Below are positions 44,251-57,085 of a DNA stretch of 64,000 bases, piece after piece. Each line of letters opens with the position of its first letter. Position 1 is the stretch's first letter. The translations under genes were made by a program, and so were the position numbers. This stretch comes from Squalus acanthias. Taxonomy: Eukaryota. The stretch lies in NCBI GenBank assembly GCA_030390025.1, contig CM059433.1, positions 14,882,001 to 14,946,000 of the forward strand. Direction: 5' to 3'. Below the pieces are notes generated by a model that was not told the origin of the DNA, ran no database searches, and was given only the letters and a program-made list of their open reading frames with translations.

Positions 44251-46653
44251 TGTAGAATTCGCAATATTATCGCGATTTTATAAATAAGGAGGAGACACAT
44301 AGTTTCGTACAAACAGCTTTATTTCAGCAGAATGCTGTCAGGTTTCAAAAGTGGACACAAGCAGCCTGTAAAATGGCCGCCACACCTCGTGGCAGAACGT
44401 TCTAGACTTTTCAATGAGCAGACAAGATGGCATTCCAATAAACATTTGTGCGAGATCGGACAAGACTCAGCACATTTGAGATAAATCACAAGACATAATG
44501 GGCCGAAAATTGATCCCGGGACGCGAGAGTACGCACTGCATACTCTCGCGTATTCCCACTCCAATTGCCGGTTTTCTGCATGCCCTGCGCATGCGCTGAA
44601 AACCGGCAATTGCTCTTCCGAAAAGGGGGCGGGGCCGGAGTGCATCGCGTGCGCGCTACAGGCTGCGCGCACGCTGTGCACTTCATGCTTTGGACGCGCA
44701 GGTAAGTACTGAAGATTTTGGAAATGTAAAAAGTAGGAGTAAGACCCGCTTTTAAGAAGGTAAGTAGTGAATTAAGTATTTTTTTGAATTTTTTTTTACA
44801 GGTATATCTTTTTTATAGACTTTAAAGACAGGTAAGTTTATTTTTATAACTTTTTAAAAGATTTTAAATTTTTTCAAAAATTTAATTTTTTATTTAAAAT
44901 GGTTAATTTAATTAACTATACTTATTTTATTAATGTGATGGGTTTTTTTTTTAAGTTAATTGAGGTTTAGCTGTTATTTTGGGGGGGTGTAAGATTCATA
45001 AGTCTCTCAGCCATGCTGTGAGACTTATGAATGGAAGATGGTGTGCTGCCATTGGCTCTAACTGAGTCACGTGATCCCACAGCTCGCACGAATTAACTAC
45101 GCCGCTGGGATACGCAAGCCCAGCACAGCTGATGTCTGGAACATCAATTTCGTGCGAGCTGGATCAGAAAAAGCATAAGCGAGGTGAGACATCGCGGGAA
45201 AGGCTTACCCCCGCGGGAACAGAGCGAGATCAATTTCTGGGCCATTGGGTTTGCATTTTACACATAAATACTGGAATCGTTCTCCCAGGTGCGAATAAGG
45301 GCTATTGTACCAAGCGATCAAGAACCCATCCAAAGACATTAATATGCAAAATCCCCACGACTCTACGATGAGAGAGCCGTTTGCGGGTAGTTACAGAAAC
45401 ATTTGGAAGCCCCAAAACCCCTCCAGGGAGAATACTGGCCGGTTACACAATGGGAGAAATATTAACAGGTACTCAGGCAGTTACAAGTATCACCGAAACC
45501 CATTAAACGGAGATCACCCTATACAAGAAGTTTGAGCGCCAAAACCCGAACAAAAGAAAAGACATTAAGATTGGGCGGGAAAAGAGGAATTACAGCACTA
45601 TAACTGTAAAGGTACAACCGTCCATCTCTCTCTTTTTCTTCGCCTGCGACTCTTGACTCTTGGATCCTGACTCCTTGCTGCTCGACTTGCCAGAAGACTA
45701 TTGAACTTTCTGATCCGACAGGATCAACCTCGTGGCTTGCCACGAAGATCTGTGTGGAACTGGGCTGTGAAGCCTTGAAACGGGCACACCATCCCGAGAA
45801 GTCGGTAAACGGTGTTTGAACCGAAGGCCCGAGATGAGAAGAGAAGAAGACGACCATACGTATCGCCACGGTCAGTAAGCCCCGACCGCGCCTGTAGGTC
45901 GAATAAACATTTTCCTTGCCCAGGAAGACTATTTTTGAGTTTTACAGAACTGGTATCGGAAGACCATTCTTCGAATTTTATCGCATCGGTCTGAGGGCAC
46001 AGGGAGACTCTTCTTTGAGTAGTGTCGGAACTCCGAGGACAACACAGATCTTCATGACAGCAGACGGTCCAGCCTGCTAGCCGGAGCAGAAACGAGTAAA
46101 CAAGTGGGGTACAGACACCCCTGATCAACACGTGGGTGGTCAGGTGCTGCGGTAAAAACATCCGAGCAGAGTTTCGGAATTCTCCGAGTTATCACGAGTG
46201 GTGAGCATGAGTCTCGATCCTACAAATCTAGTTTAGGTCAGGTATTGATAGGGGAGGGTTTAAGTTTTAAGGATAATTGTAATGTGTGCCCCCTTTTACG
46301 ATGTGTCGTGCGCTCCTCGTTTCCCTAAAATTAGTTACATAACTGCGTGTAAGATTGTACTGTCATTAATCTGTGCTTATGACATGTATTTCGTAATCTT
46401 GAATAATATGCAATAAAGATTTTCCATTTCGCACTATTCAACCGGGTCTACCTGAGTTTTCTCTGCATTATTGCTCTCGCATCTAAGTCCAGTGTCAGAA
46501 CCGTAAGGGCGAGTGGGTCGAACCACTCACAGGTGTCTAGTGCTACCAGGCTGGCTGGAGACCAGAACAAGCAACAAGGCCTAACCTCGCACTAGCACCC
46601 AGGCTAAGCACAGAGCCTCAAGCGTGTCACACACACGACGCAAAACCCTTACA
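44251..46653 (+). mobile_element. Solo LTR of a diverged sister family of the provirus; TACC target duplication
   Basis: TGTAGAATTCGC...CCCTTACA; blockwise homology to the provirus LTR; contains a MITE. Confidence 0.88.
44500..45243 (+). mobile_element. Harbinger-type MITE inside the solo LTR
   Basis: TIR GGGCCGAAAATTGATC / GATCAATTTCTGGGCC; homologous to 8408-9149. Confidence 0.85.
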
Positions 46654-49600
46654 TACCCCATTCCTGCTTTCTCGCCATACCCCTTGATCCCCCTAGTTGT
46701 GAGTATTATATCTAACTCCCTTTTGAATATATTTAGCGAACTGGCCTCAACAACCTTCTGTGGTAGAGAATTTCACAGATTCACCACTCTCTGGGTGAAG
46801 AAGTTCCTCCTCATCTCAGTCTTAAATGGCTTTCCCTTTATCCTTAGACTGTGACCCCTGGTTTTAGTTTTCCCTGACATTGGAAACATTCTGCCCGCAT
46901 CTAATTTGTCTAAACCAGTCAGGATTTTAAACGTCTCTATAAGATCCCCCCTCATTCTTCTGAACTCCAGAGGATACAAGTTCAGTTGATCCAGTCTTTC
47001 TTGATATGTCAGTCTGGCCATCCCAGGAATCAATCTAGTGAACCTTCGTTGCACTCCCTCAATAGCAAGAATGTCCTTCCTCAAGTTAGGAGACCAAAAC
47101 TGCACACGATACTCCAGGTGTGGCCTCACCAAGGCCCTGTACAACTGTAGCATCACCTCCCTACTCCTGTACTCAAATCCCCTTGCTATGAAGGCCATCA
47201 TGCCATTTGCTTTCTTGACTGCCTGCTGCACTTGCCTTCCCACCTTCAGTGACTGATGTACCATGACGCCCAGGGCTCGTTGCACCTCCCCTTTCCCTAA
47301 TCTGCCACCATTCAGGTAATAGTCTGCCTCCCTATTTTTACCACCAAAGTGGATAACCTCACATTTATCCACATTGTACTTCATCTGCCATACATTTGCC
47401 CATTCACCCAACCTGTCCAAGTCACTCTGTAGCCTCCTAGCATCCTCCTCATTGTTCACACTGCCTCCCAATTTAGTGTCATCCGCAAATTTGGAGATAT
47501 TACAATTAATCCCTTCGTCCAAATCATTAATATATAATGTAAACAGCTGGGGCCCCAGCACCTAACCCTGCGGTACCCCGCTGGTCACTGCCTGCCATTC
47601 TGAAAAGTACCCATTTACTCCTACTCTTTGTTTCCTGTGTGCCAACCAGTTCTCAATCCACGTCAACACATTACCCCCAATCCCATGTGCTTTAACTTTG
47701 CACACCAATCTCTTGTGTGGGACCTTGTCGAAGGCCTTCTGAAAGTCCAAATACACCACATCTACTGGTTCCCCCCCGTCCACCCTATTGGAAACATCCT
47801 CAAAAAATTCCAGAAGATTTGTCAAGCATGATTTCCCTTTCACAAATCCATGCTGACTTGGACCTATCATGTCGCCACTTTCCAAATGGTCTGTTATGAC
47901 ATCTTTAATAATTGATTCCATCATTTTACCCACCACCGATGTCAGGCTGACCGGTCTATAATTCCCTGCTTTCTCCCTCCCTCCTTTTTTAAAAAGAGGG
48001 GTTACATTAGCCACCCTCCACTCCTTCGGAACTGATCCAGAGTCTAAGGAATGTTGGAAAATGATCATCAATGCATCCACTATTTCCAAGGCCACCTCCT
48101 TAAGTACTCTGGGATGCAGACCATCAGGCCCTGGGGATTTATCAGCCTTCAGTCCCATCAATTTCCCCAACACCTTTTCCCGACTGATAAGGATTTACCT
48201 CAGCTCCTCCCTCTTACCAGATCCTTTGATCTCTTTTATTTCCGGAAGGCTGTTTGTGTCCTCCACAGTAAACACCGAACCAAAGTACTTGTTCAATTGA
48301 TCTGCCATTTCTTTGTTCCCCATTATGACTTCCCCTGTTTCTGACTGCAGGGGACCTACGTTTGTTTTTACTAACCTCTTTCTTTTTACATATTTATAGA
48401 AGCTTTTGCAGTCCGTTTTAATGTTCTCCGCAAGCTTCCTTTCATATTTTATTTTCCCATCTTTGATTGGCTCCCCATGTCCCACGTGATCCCAGGGATG
48501 CTTGCGAACCGCCTGCGCCTCTGGGATACCTGGGCCCTGCACATTTCGAGTTGGAGAGGCCCAGGAGCGGAAGTGTCTGGACCTCAGGAGCCCTCAGGTA
48601 AGTTCATAGAGTTTTTCCAGATCGGAGGCCTCCGCACGCAGGAAGCCTCCGATCGGAAAATACAGCCCATTATAATACGCTTTAAGATGATAAGAGAGAA
48701 GGACATAAGTATGACAAAAATAAAGTTAATAGATTGGAGAAAAGCTGATTTTGAGGGGCTGAGAATAGAACTTGGGAAGATAAAATGGGCAACAATATTG
48801 GCAAACAATGATGTAGAACGACAATGGGAAACATTTAAAACGGTGTTCAACAGAGTGCAGGAAAAATATATACTGCTAAAAGGAAAGAACAAACTGAACA
48901 CGAATGAGACTCCATGGATGAATAAAGACATAAGGGAACAATTAAGGGTAAGGAAAGAGGCGCACATTAAATACACAGGCAGCAGAGGAGTGCATGATAA
49001 GAGAGAATACGAAGGGATTAAGAGAGAAGTCAAAAAAACAATTAGGAAGGCAAAGAGGAACTATGACATTAAATTATCAAGGAAAACAAAACAAAATAGT
49101 AAAATATTTTACAGGCACATCAATAAATAAAGTAAGGTTGGGATGGGAATAGGGCCATTAAGGGATAGACAGGACAATACCACAGGTAACGATAGGGAGA
49201 TGGCAGAAATATTAAATCATTATTTCGCTTCGGTATTTACCAGTGAGATAGAACAGGTAGACATGACATTGGATGATGAGATGAGTAATGAGATAAGTGC
49301 ATTTAAGATTTTAAAAAGGGGATATATTAAATAAACTAATCAAACTCAAAGAGGATAAACCCCTGGTCCAGATGGATTGCATCCACGCATTTTAAAAGAA
49401 TCTAGGGAAGAGATAGCAGAAGCATTACTAAACATATTTAATAATTCATTAGAAAAGGTGTAGTGCCAGAGGACTGGCGGATAGCTAATGTAATACTTAT
49501 ATTTAAGAAGGGGGATAGAACATGTCCAGGGAATTATAGACCAGTCAGCTTAACATCGGTGGTAGGAAAAATAATGGAATCCTACTAAAGGAGAGAATAG

Positions 49601-51950
49601 AAGAACATCTAGAAATGAAAAGTATAATAATGAATAGTCAGCATGGATTTCAAAAGGGAAAATCTTGCTTAACCAACCTTATTGAATATTTTTGAAGAGG
49701 TAACAGAGAGAGTAGACAATGGTAATGCAGTAGATGTAATTTATCTAGATTTTCAAAAGGCCTTCGATAAGGTACCCCATAATAGACTGATGAACATTGT
49801 CAGATAATGCGGAGTCAGGGGACTAGTAGCAGAATGGATTGCTGGCTTGCTTCAAGACAGAAATCAGAGAGTGGGAGTAAAGGGTAGCTATTCACAGTGG
49901 CAGAAAGTGGGTAGTGGTGTTCCACAAGTATCAGTGCTAGGACTACTGCTGTTCACAATTTACATTAATGATTTAGACTTTGGAATGAAAACACAAATTC
50001 TAAATTTGCGGATGATACCAAATGGGGGAGATAGTCAATACTGAGGAGGACTGCTACAAATTACAGGAGGACATTAATAAACTTGTAGAATGGGCAAATA
50101 ATTGGCAAATGAAGTTCAACACAGATAAATGTGAGGTATTACATTTTGGTAGGAAGAATAAGGAGGTCACTTATCACTTGGAGGGTGCGAGTCTAGGTGG
50201 GGTAGAGGAACAAAGGGATCGCGGAGTACAAATACACAAATCCCTAAAAGGTGCGATGCAGGTTAGCAAGGCCATAAAAAAGGCAAACCAAGCACTCACT
50301 TTATTTCTAGCGGGATAGAATTGAAAAGTAGGGAAGTTATGCTAAACCTGTATTGAACCTTGGTTAGACAACACTTAGAGTACTGCGTACCGTTCTCGTC
50401 ACCATATTATAAAAAGGATATAGAGGCACTGGAGAGGGTGCAGAGAAGATTTACAAGGATGCTGCCAGAAATGTGAGGGTATACATATCAGGAAAGGATG
50501 AACAGGCTGGGTCTCTTTTCTCTTGAAAAAAGAAGGCTGAGCGGTGACCTAATAGAGGTCTTTAAAATTATGAAAAATGTTGATAGAGTAGATACAGAGC
50601 AAATGTTTCCACTTGTGGGGAAGAGCATAACTAGAGGCCATCAATATAAGATAGTCACCAAGAAATTCAATTGGGAATTCAGAAGAAACTTCATTACCCA
50701 GAGAGTGGTGAGAATGTGGAACTCGCTACCAGAGGGAGTGGTTGAAGAGAATAGTATAGATGCATTTAAGGGGAGGCTGGACAAGCATATGAGGAAAAAG
50801 AGAATAGAGGGTTACGCTGATAGATTTAGATGAGGAAAGACGGGAGGAGGCTCGAGTGGAGCATAAAAGCTGGTATGGACTGGTTGGGCCGAATGGCCTG
50901 TTTCTCTGCTGAATATCCTATGTAATCCAATGTAGGAGGGATGTAAACGTAGACTTGGGTCCTCATGGTCCCACTGCTCTGCAGCAAAGTGCTCTCCAGC
51001 TCCTTGCTAGCAGGGAAGTGTGGGTGGCCCATGAGAGGGATGATGGTGAGCGGGGACATGGAAGTGGGGCTCCCCTGAAAGTGTTCACAGTTCTCCCCCA
51101 TTGCCCCCCCACAGTCAGAGCCCCAGATGCCTCCTCGGATCGCTATGGCCGAGTCTGCCCCTGCACAGTCGCAGGAGAGCAGACTTTGGCGGGGCCATCG
51201 CAGGCGCCAAAACCCAGAGGACGGCCGCCAAAAGTGTCTACGCAGTTGCAGCAGGGAAGTGAGGAGGCTGCCTCTACCTCTGCTGAGGCCACAGGGGTAG
51301 CACCTTGTAGAAGCATGCGTAAATGAAAATGACACAGAAGTAGATGCACAAGGGTAAGCACATGGGTGTTTAAAGTAGTGTTATTGTTAAGGTTCCATTA
51401 ATATTATGACACATATAAAACTATTTATTTTCACCACTTTCCGTTCATGCCCATTTTTGTCTGCTACTTTGGAAGTGGCTGAGTGAGTTGAAGTGAATGG
51501 TGAGACATTACGTTACCTCCAGCAATGAGGGTCAGTGTGAAAGAAATGGGTTGGTGATTGTAGGGATGCTTTATGGTGTTGTTGGGGGGGAAACCTGACA
51601 CAGCATGTGGAAGCCATATGGGTGTAATGCAGGAAGTTAAGTAAATCTGACCATGATGAGGCCATCACTGGCCTCTCAGGCAGCAATGTGCTCTGGCGCT
51701 GGTTCCTCCTGCTCCTTCTCGTTTTCCAGCTGATGCTCCTCTTCCTCTTCCTCCTCCTCCTCTGAAGAGGTTGTGCGCTATGTGCCTTGCTCCTCATGCA
51801 GCGCTAATCCTCATTGCTGCGCTATGATGTGATGACGATGATTCTGGAGACCCTGGCCAGTGCGTACTGAAGGGCTCCTCCAGACCTCTCAAGGCATCGG
51901 AAGTGCATCTTCTGTTTGCTCTATGACACATCTGGTGGACATGTGGCCTT

Positions 51951-52177
51951 TGACGTAAGAAAACTACTAGGCACTTGGTCTAAGCATTAAACAAAGCTTT
52001 AATCAACTGTTTTACAACATGGAGATCTAGTTGTGTCCTTCACTAGTTCCTGTTAAGAATGTCCTGCGCAAGCTGGGCCCATGCCCGAGTGTTTATACTC
52101 TCCCTGGACAGCGCCACCCGCAGACCACTCAGTATTATTTCATAAGTCTTTCTTTCATGAATGACAGATTCATGTCA
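51951..52177 (-). mobile_element. 227-bp solo LTR with 5-bp target duplication GCCTT, inside the Harbinger transposase
   Basis: Reverse complement of 39029-39255. Confidence 0.85.
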
Positions 52178-53098
52178 GCCTTCATTATAGCGCTCCTCAG
52201 CCTCATTGCTTGGCCTCCTCAAGGGTGTCATGAGCCATGTCTTCAGTGGCAAGCCCTTGTCTCCAAGCAGCCAGCCGGTGTGTGTTTGGTGGTGCGAAGA
52301 GCTGAGGGAGGGTGGACTAGTGCAGGACGAAAGAGTCATGACAACTGCCAGGGAATCTGGCGCACACATGTGCATGATGATCTTCCTATGGTTGCAGACG
52401 AGCTGCACACTGAGGGAGTGAAAGCCCTTGTGGTTCAGAAACACTCCTGGGTGATGTGGGGGTGCCTTGATGGCCACATGTGTGCAGTCGATGATGCCCT
52501 GCACCTGTGGGAAGCCAGCCAGAGCCGCAAAGCAGTGCGCCCACTCAGTAACACTGCCTTCATCAGTGGCAAAGTTCATATAATTGGCTGACTTATGAAA
52601 CATGGCATCGGTGACCTGTGTGATGCATCTGTGGGTGGCCGACTGCGAGATGCCGCAAATGTCTGCTGCAGATCCCTGGAACGAGCCAGAGGCGAAGGAG
52701 TTGAGGGCGGTGGTGACTTTGACAGCCACTAGTAAGGCGTGTCCACCAGGTCCTCTAGGGCTGCAGGTCTTCCTCCAGCAAGCTGCAAATGTCTGCAATG
52801 ACAAGATGCGATAGCCTGCGTCCTCCTTTGGCACTGCTGCTCAGTTATGTTGAGGAACCTCAGCCTCCACCTGTATACCCTGTGTTGGGGGTATCGCCTC
52901 CGGCGCGGTGCAGCCCTGCGCTGATGTCCTCTGTCCTGTGGAGCATCAGGTGGTTGAGGAGAAGGTTGTTGGTGTTGTTGCTGCTGCTGCTGCTGCTTCT
53001 AGTGTGCCTGCTGTTGCTGCTGTTGAGGCTCATCCTGGTTCGATTCTGAGGATCAGAGTGAGACAGTATAAATGGCACCCATGCTGATATAATAAATG

Positions 53099-53483
53099 GC
53101 AGGTTCGAATCTGACCTCGGGTGACTGTCTGTGTGGAGTTTGCACATTCTCCCCGTGTCTGCGTGGGTTTCCTCCGGGTGCTCCGGTTTCCTCCCACAGT
53201 CCAAAAATGTGCAGGTTAGGTTGATTTGGCTATGATAAATTGACCCTTAGTGTTAAGGGGGGATTAAATATGTGGGGTTATGGGGATAGGATGGGATATG
53301 TTAGGGGGAATTAAATACTTGGGGTTACGGGGGTAGGGTGGGATATGTGTACTGTAGGGATTAAAGCAGGGACAGGGTACTGGATTTGGATGATCAGCCA
53401 TGATCGTATTGAATGGTGGAGCAGGCTCGACGGGCCGAATGGCCTACTCCTGCTCCTAGATTCTATGTTTCTATGTTTCTATG
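53099..53483 (+). mobile_element. V-SINE (HE1-like), 5' truncated
   Basis: B box GGTTCGAATC; V domain GTGGAGTTTGCACATTCTCCCCGTGTCTGCGTGGGTTTCCTCCGGGTGCTCCGGTTTCCTCCCAC; HER1-type tail. Confidence 0.85.
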
Positions 53484-54404
53484 TTAATTGGAGATCAGAG
53501 GAGTAATCTGTCAATGTTGTGATAATTAGTAGCAATGTGATGAGAGCGGCGTCCGAGGTTACAGAAAAGAATTTCAAACTCTACACACCTAAATATGCAC
53601 TCCAAATGGAGTCAGCAAAAGCCTTTCCCTTAGGCAAGTAATGAGGTGTCATGTGGGAGTATTTATTGGGATTTCCATGCTCTGCATTAATGACCTCGCT
53701 CAATGGCCACTGAGCTTCAGCCTCAGGTTGACAGACGTGGTTCCCGAGCTGCGTGATCCCTGTGGTCATCCAGTGAAATTCAAAAGGTCTGCTTAAAATC
53801 CCTGTTAAGATCTGACAACAAGGTTTCAATGAGATTAATTTGGTCGCCCGCCTCTGCCGTTCAGGTGGGTGACGCGCTGGCAAACGCGCTCGAGTGAAAG
53901 GCGCGAGGAGGCGGGATGACGGCGCGTTCCGGATGCGCTCCCACTTTCTGCGACTGTTACTATCAACCCACCACCAAGCCCACACGCACGGCAGCAAGAA
54001 AATTCCATCCCTGATCTCCAAAATTTTAAGATTCCATTCGTCCTGAAATATACAGTTGAAGAACAGCTTTAAGAACAGAACGATTTATTAACAGCTGTTC
54101 TTTGCAGATTGCTCATTGAGCAGCCTAACTGGGAGAGATCTTTATTTGGGTTTCAAGAGAAGCAAGCAACAGAGGAATTCATCCCATTAAACTTTCATAC
54201 AAATTCATCAGTTACTAAGTGGCAAATTTGAATGTAATCAGCTTTCGGCTTTCAGGCAAATGGAATTTTCCTGCATCTTCCATCTGGCATTTTGTATAAT
54301 CTCTTCTGTTTCATTTCTTCAATATCTTCCTCCTTTAAACTAGAATTAACATTCTGTATTTAGATTACCTTCCAAGGGTTGGTTCAATCAATCCCAAAAT
54401 ATAA

Positions 54405-54601
54405 TGTGAGAAGTCGCACAACACCAGGTTATAGTCCAACATCTCTATTTGAAATCACATGCTTTCGGAGCGCTGCTCCTTCGTCAGGCTCCGAAAGCTT
54501 GTGATTTCAAATAAAGCTGTTGGACTATAATCTGGTGTTGTGCGACTTCTCACATTTGTCCACCCCAGTCCAACACCGGCATCTCCACATCATGGCTACT
54601 A
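54405..54601. mobile_element. Second head-to-head small hammerhead-bearing element
   Basis: Inverted arms; - strand CTGACGAAGGAGCAGCGCTCCGAAAG; flanking repeat CCAAAATATAA. Confidence 0.7.
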
Positions 54602-54639
54602 CCAAAATATAACCACAAGGTGGAGTTTCTGCAGAGTCA

Positions 54640-55340
54640 ATCAGAGGCATTACCATCGCCAAATCCCCCAACATCAACATCCTGCGGGTCACCATTGACC
54701 AGAAACTTAACTGGACCAGCCACATAAATACTGTGGCAACAAGAGCAGGTCGGAGGCTGGGTATTCTGCGGCGAGTGTCTCACCTCCTGACTCCCCAAAG
54801 CCTTTCCACCATCTGCAAGGCACAAGTAAGGAGTGTGATGGAATACTCTCCACTTGCCTGGATGAGTACAGCTCCAACAACACTCGAGAAGCTCGACATC
54901 ATCCAGGACAAAGCAGCCTGCTTGATTGGCGCCCCATCCACCTCCTTAAACATTCACTCCCTCCACCACCGGCATACCGTGGCTGCAGTGTGTACCATCT
55001 ACAAGATGCACTGCAGCAACTCACCAAGGCTTCTTCGGCAGCACCTCCCAAACCCGCGACCTCTTCCACCTAGAAGGACAAGGGCAGCAGGCGCATGGGA
55101 ACACCACCGCCTCCAAGTTCCCCTCCAAGTCACACACCATCCTGACTTAGAAGTATATCGCCGATAATTCATCGTCGCTGGGTCAAAATCCTGGAACTCC
55201 CTCCCTAACAGCACTGTGGGAGTACTTTCACTACACGGACTGCAGCGGTTCAAGGAGGCGACTCACCACCACCTTCTTGAAGGCAATTAGGGATGGGCAA
55301 TAAATGCTGGCTTTGTGAGTGACGCCCACATCCCATAAAC
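54640..55340 (+). mobile_element. CR1-clade LINE 3' fragment (second family; pieces also at 35060-35220 and 58310-58540)
   Basis: LGILRRV...KAQVRSVMEYSPLAW...IQDKA. Confidence 0.75.
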
Positions 55341-55879
55341 AATTTTTTTTTTAATTTGAAAATAGTCCAGTTCCTTTTTTAATTTTATTTTTGGATAGAA
55401 AGTAAACTAAAATAATAATTTCAGCAAGAATCATTCGGAGAGTGATAATAAATCATTAACGGAGAAATATAGCGATTCATGGTCATTGTTATTTTGCTGC
55501 AAAAAAAATATTAGAAATATCGGAATTAATGCCTAAGTTCATGAAACGCTACAATCAGTTAGGGAATACCCAGGAACTAATCACCCTCCAACTGAACTCA
55601 GAAACTGTAACGTGAGGTCTCCTGCAGCCTTTGCATCGATGTGTGCATTGTCTGTATCATTCTGCCATTCCCATTTGCAGCATTTAATCACTCCTGCCTT
55701 CCACCCTATCACAGACCGTCCCTTTTGTTCTTTCCTCCCCTTCCCCACCCCCCTTTCCCTGCCTCTGCACCTGGTTAAAATCTGTTACAACTCTAACTTT
55801 TTCCAGTTCTGACGAAAGGTCACAGACCTGAAAGGGAAAACTCTGTTTCTCTCTCCACAGATGCTGCCTGACCTGCTGA

Positions 55880-57085
55880 GGAAAACCCATTCTATGTGGT
55901 CCCACCTGAGCTGGAGTCCTGTGACGGTGCACGCTCAGAAGGACTCAGCTCCTGTGAGGAATCGGTGGCGGTGACCTCCACCGACTCCTGCTGCATGCGT
56001 GAAGGCCACATCGGAGATAAAAGACATGAAGTAGTCCTGGCCAGGTAAGAATGTTGCAACTTATCATTATGTGATGATCATATTTCACTCGCTGTTGAAA
56101 TCAAGTCAACGTGACTGAGTGCCGTATGACATGTGGGTCGCTAATATTGAATTGTGTCACCAGGCAGCTGGGAGCTCCCCGTCTCCCCATCTCCGACAGC
56201 CAGCGACGCTGAAACTCCACTGATCTCCAGCGCCTCCTCCTCTGCACTTGTTAGCTGGGAATTGTGTGGAGGGCCACTTCTGATTCTCTCCCTCTCCCTC
56301 GTGTTGTGTGCTCTCTTCTCCTATAACGAGGGAAAGAACAGACTTATGAGTGAGTGTAATGGCGTGCGTTCACCCAATGGATAGCGAGCATTTGGTGAGG
56401 GTGACTATCAGGAAGAGGCATGAAATTGCATAAGGATGAGGGTGAGTGGGAGTGGTGGATGGAGAGATGGGATGTGAGGAAGTGCATAGAAAGAGGATGG
56501 GTGGCATGCAAGGTAAATGGGTGTGAGGAGTGATGTGATGGAGAAGGCTTGACAAGGCAGAGTGAGGGGTTGGGGTGATGTGCATACAATGATGTAGGTG
56601 AATGTGCAACTGTACTCATCTTTCTTGACGTAGTTAGGTCATTAAAGCGCTTCCTGCACTGAATCCAGGAGCATGGTACTACTGCTGCTCACCTCCTCGG
56701 CAGCCTCCAGCCACATTTTCTTTGAGGCAACAGCAGGTTTCTTCCTCCCATTGCTGGGGAAGAGTATCTCTCTGCGGCTCCTCACAGCCCCCAGCAGCAC
56801 ATCAAGGGAGGCATCATTGAAACGTGCTACAGACTTTCCCCATCTCAAATCCATCATTTAATTGCCTGTTCCTTTGTTGCAAACTCCAACTCCTCCAAAT
56901 TCCATCTTTGGGTTGGCCCTTTAAATACTGGAGTTGAGATCGCGTCATGTGAGTCCCCATTGGAGATCAAACCCAGAAGTAAAATGCTAATGAACTGGCT
57001 GAGTTAAAAAGCCACTAGCAGATGCACTGAACTTAATAGCCCCGCCCCCCCGCTCCCAACGCATCTCCGAGTAAATATCGGGCCA
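55880..57085 (-). pseudogene. Decayed Harbinger Myb/SANT gene and element end
   Basis: ARFNDASLDVLLGAVRSRREILFPSNGRK...WLEAAEEVSS. Confidence 0.75.

Larger units (their letters stand above)
44141..48455 (-). mobile_element. CR1/HER1 LINE of the same subfamily as 21518-23122, split in its 3' end by a solo LTR
   Basis: RT frames 46773-48173 nearly identical to ORF 21514..23025; tail at 44141-44250. Confidence 0.93.
43617..48668 (+). mobile_element. Harbinger-type MITE split by a CR1 (parts 43617-44140 and about 48455-48668)
   Basis: Ends GGGCCAGATATTCC and GGAAAATACAGCCC; flanks AAT / ATT; colinear with 35280-35940. Confidence 0.8.
42447..50935 (+). mobile_element. Long decayed CR1 LINE (ORF1 SGNH esterase end, ORF2 endonuclease-RT), interrupted at 43617-48668
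   Basis: VHVGTNDIG...DRLHLN; GITETWL, YRPP, MGDFN, SDH joined to IIRFK; RT remnants; 3' tail near 50910-50935. Confidence 0.9.
50940..54010 (-). pseudogene. Decayed Harbinger element: transposase on -, Myb gene 3' end on + at 50950-51330
   Basis: [41 protein letters not shown]. Confidence 0.85.

Noticed and set aside
39029..52177. One 13-kb element bounded by 227-bp terminal inverted repeats
   Set aside because: Each repeat has its own distinct 5-bp target duplication.
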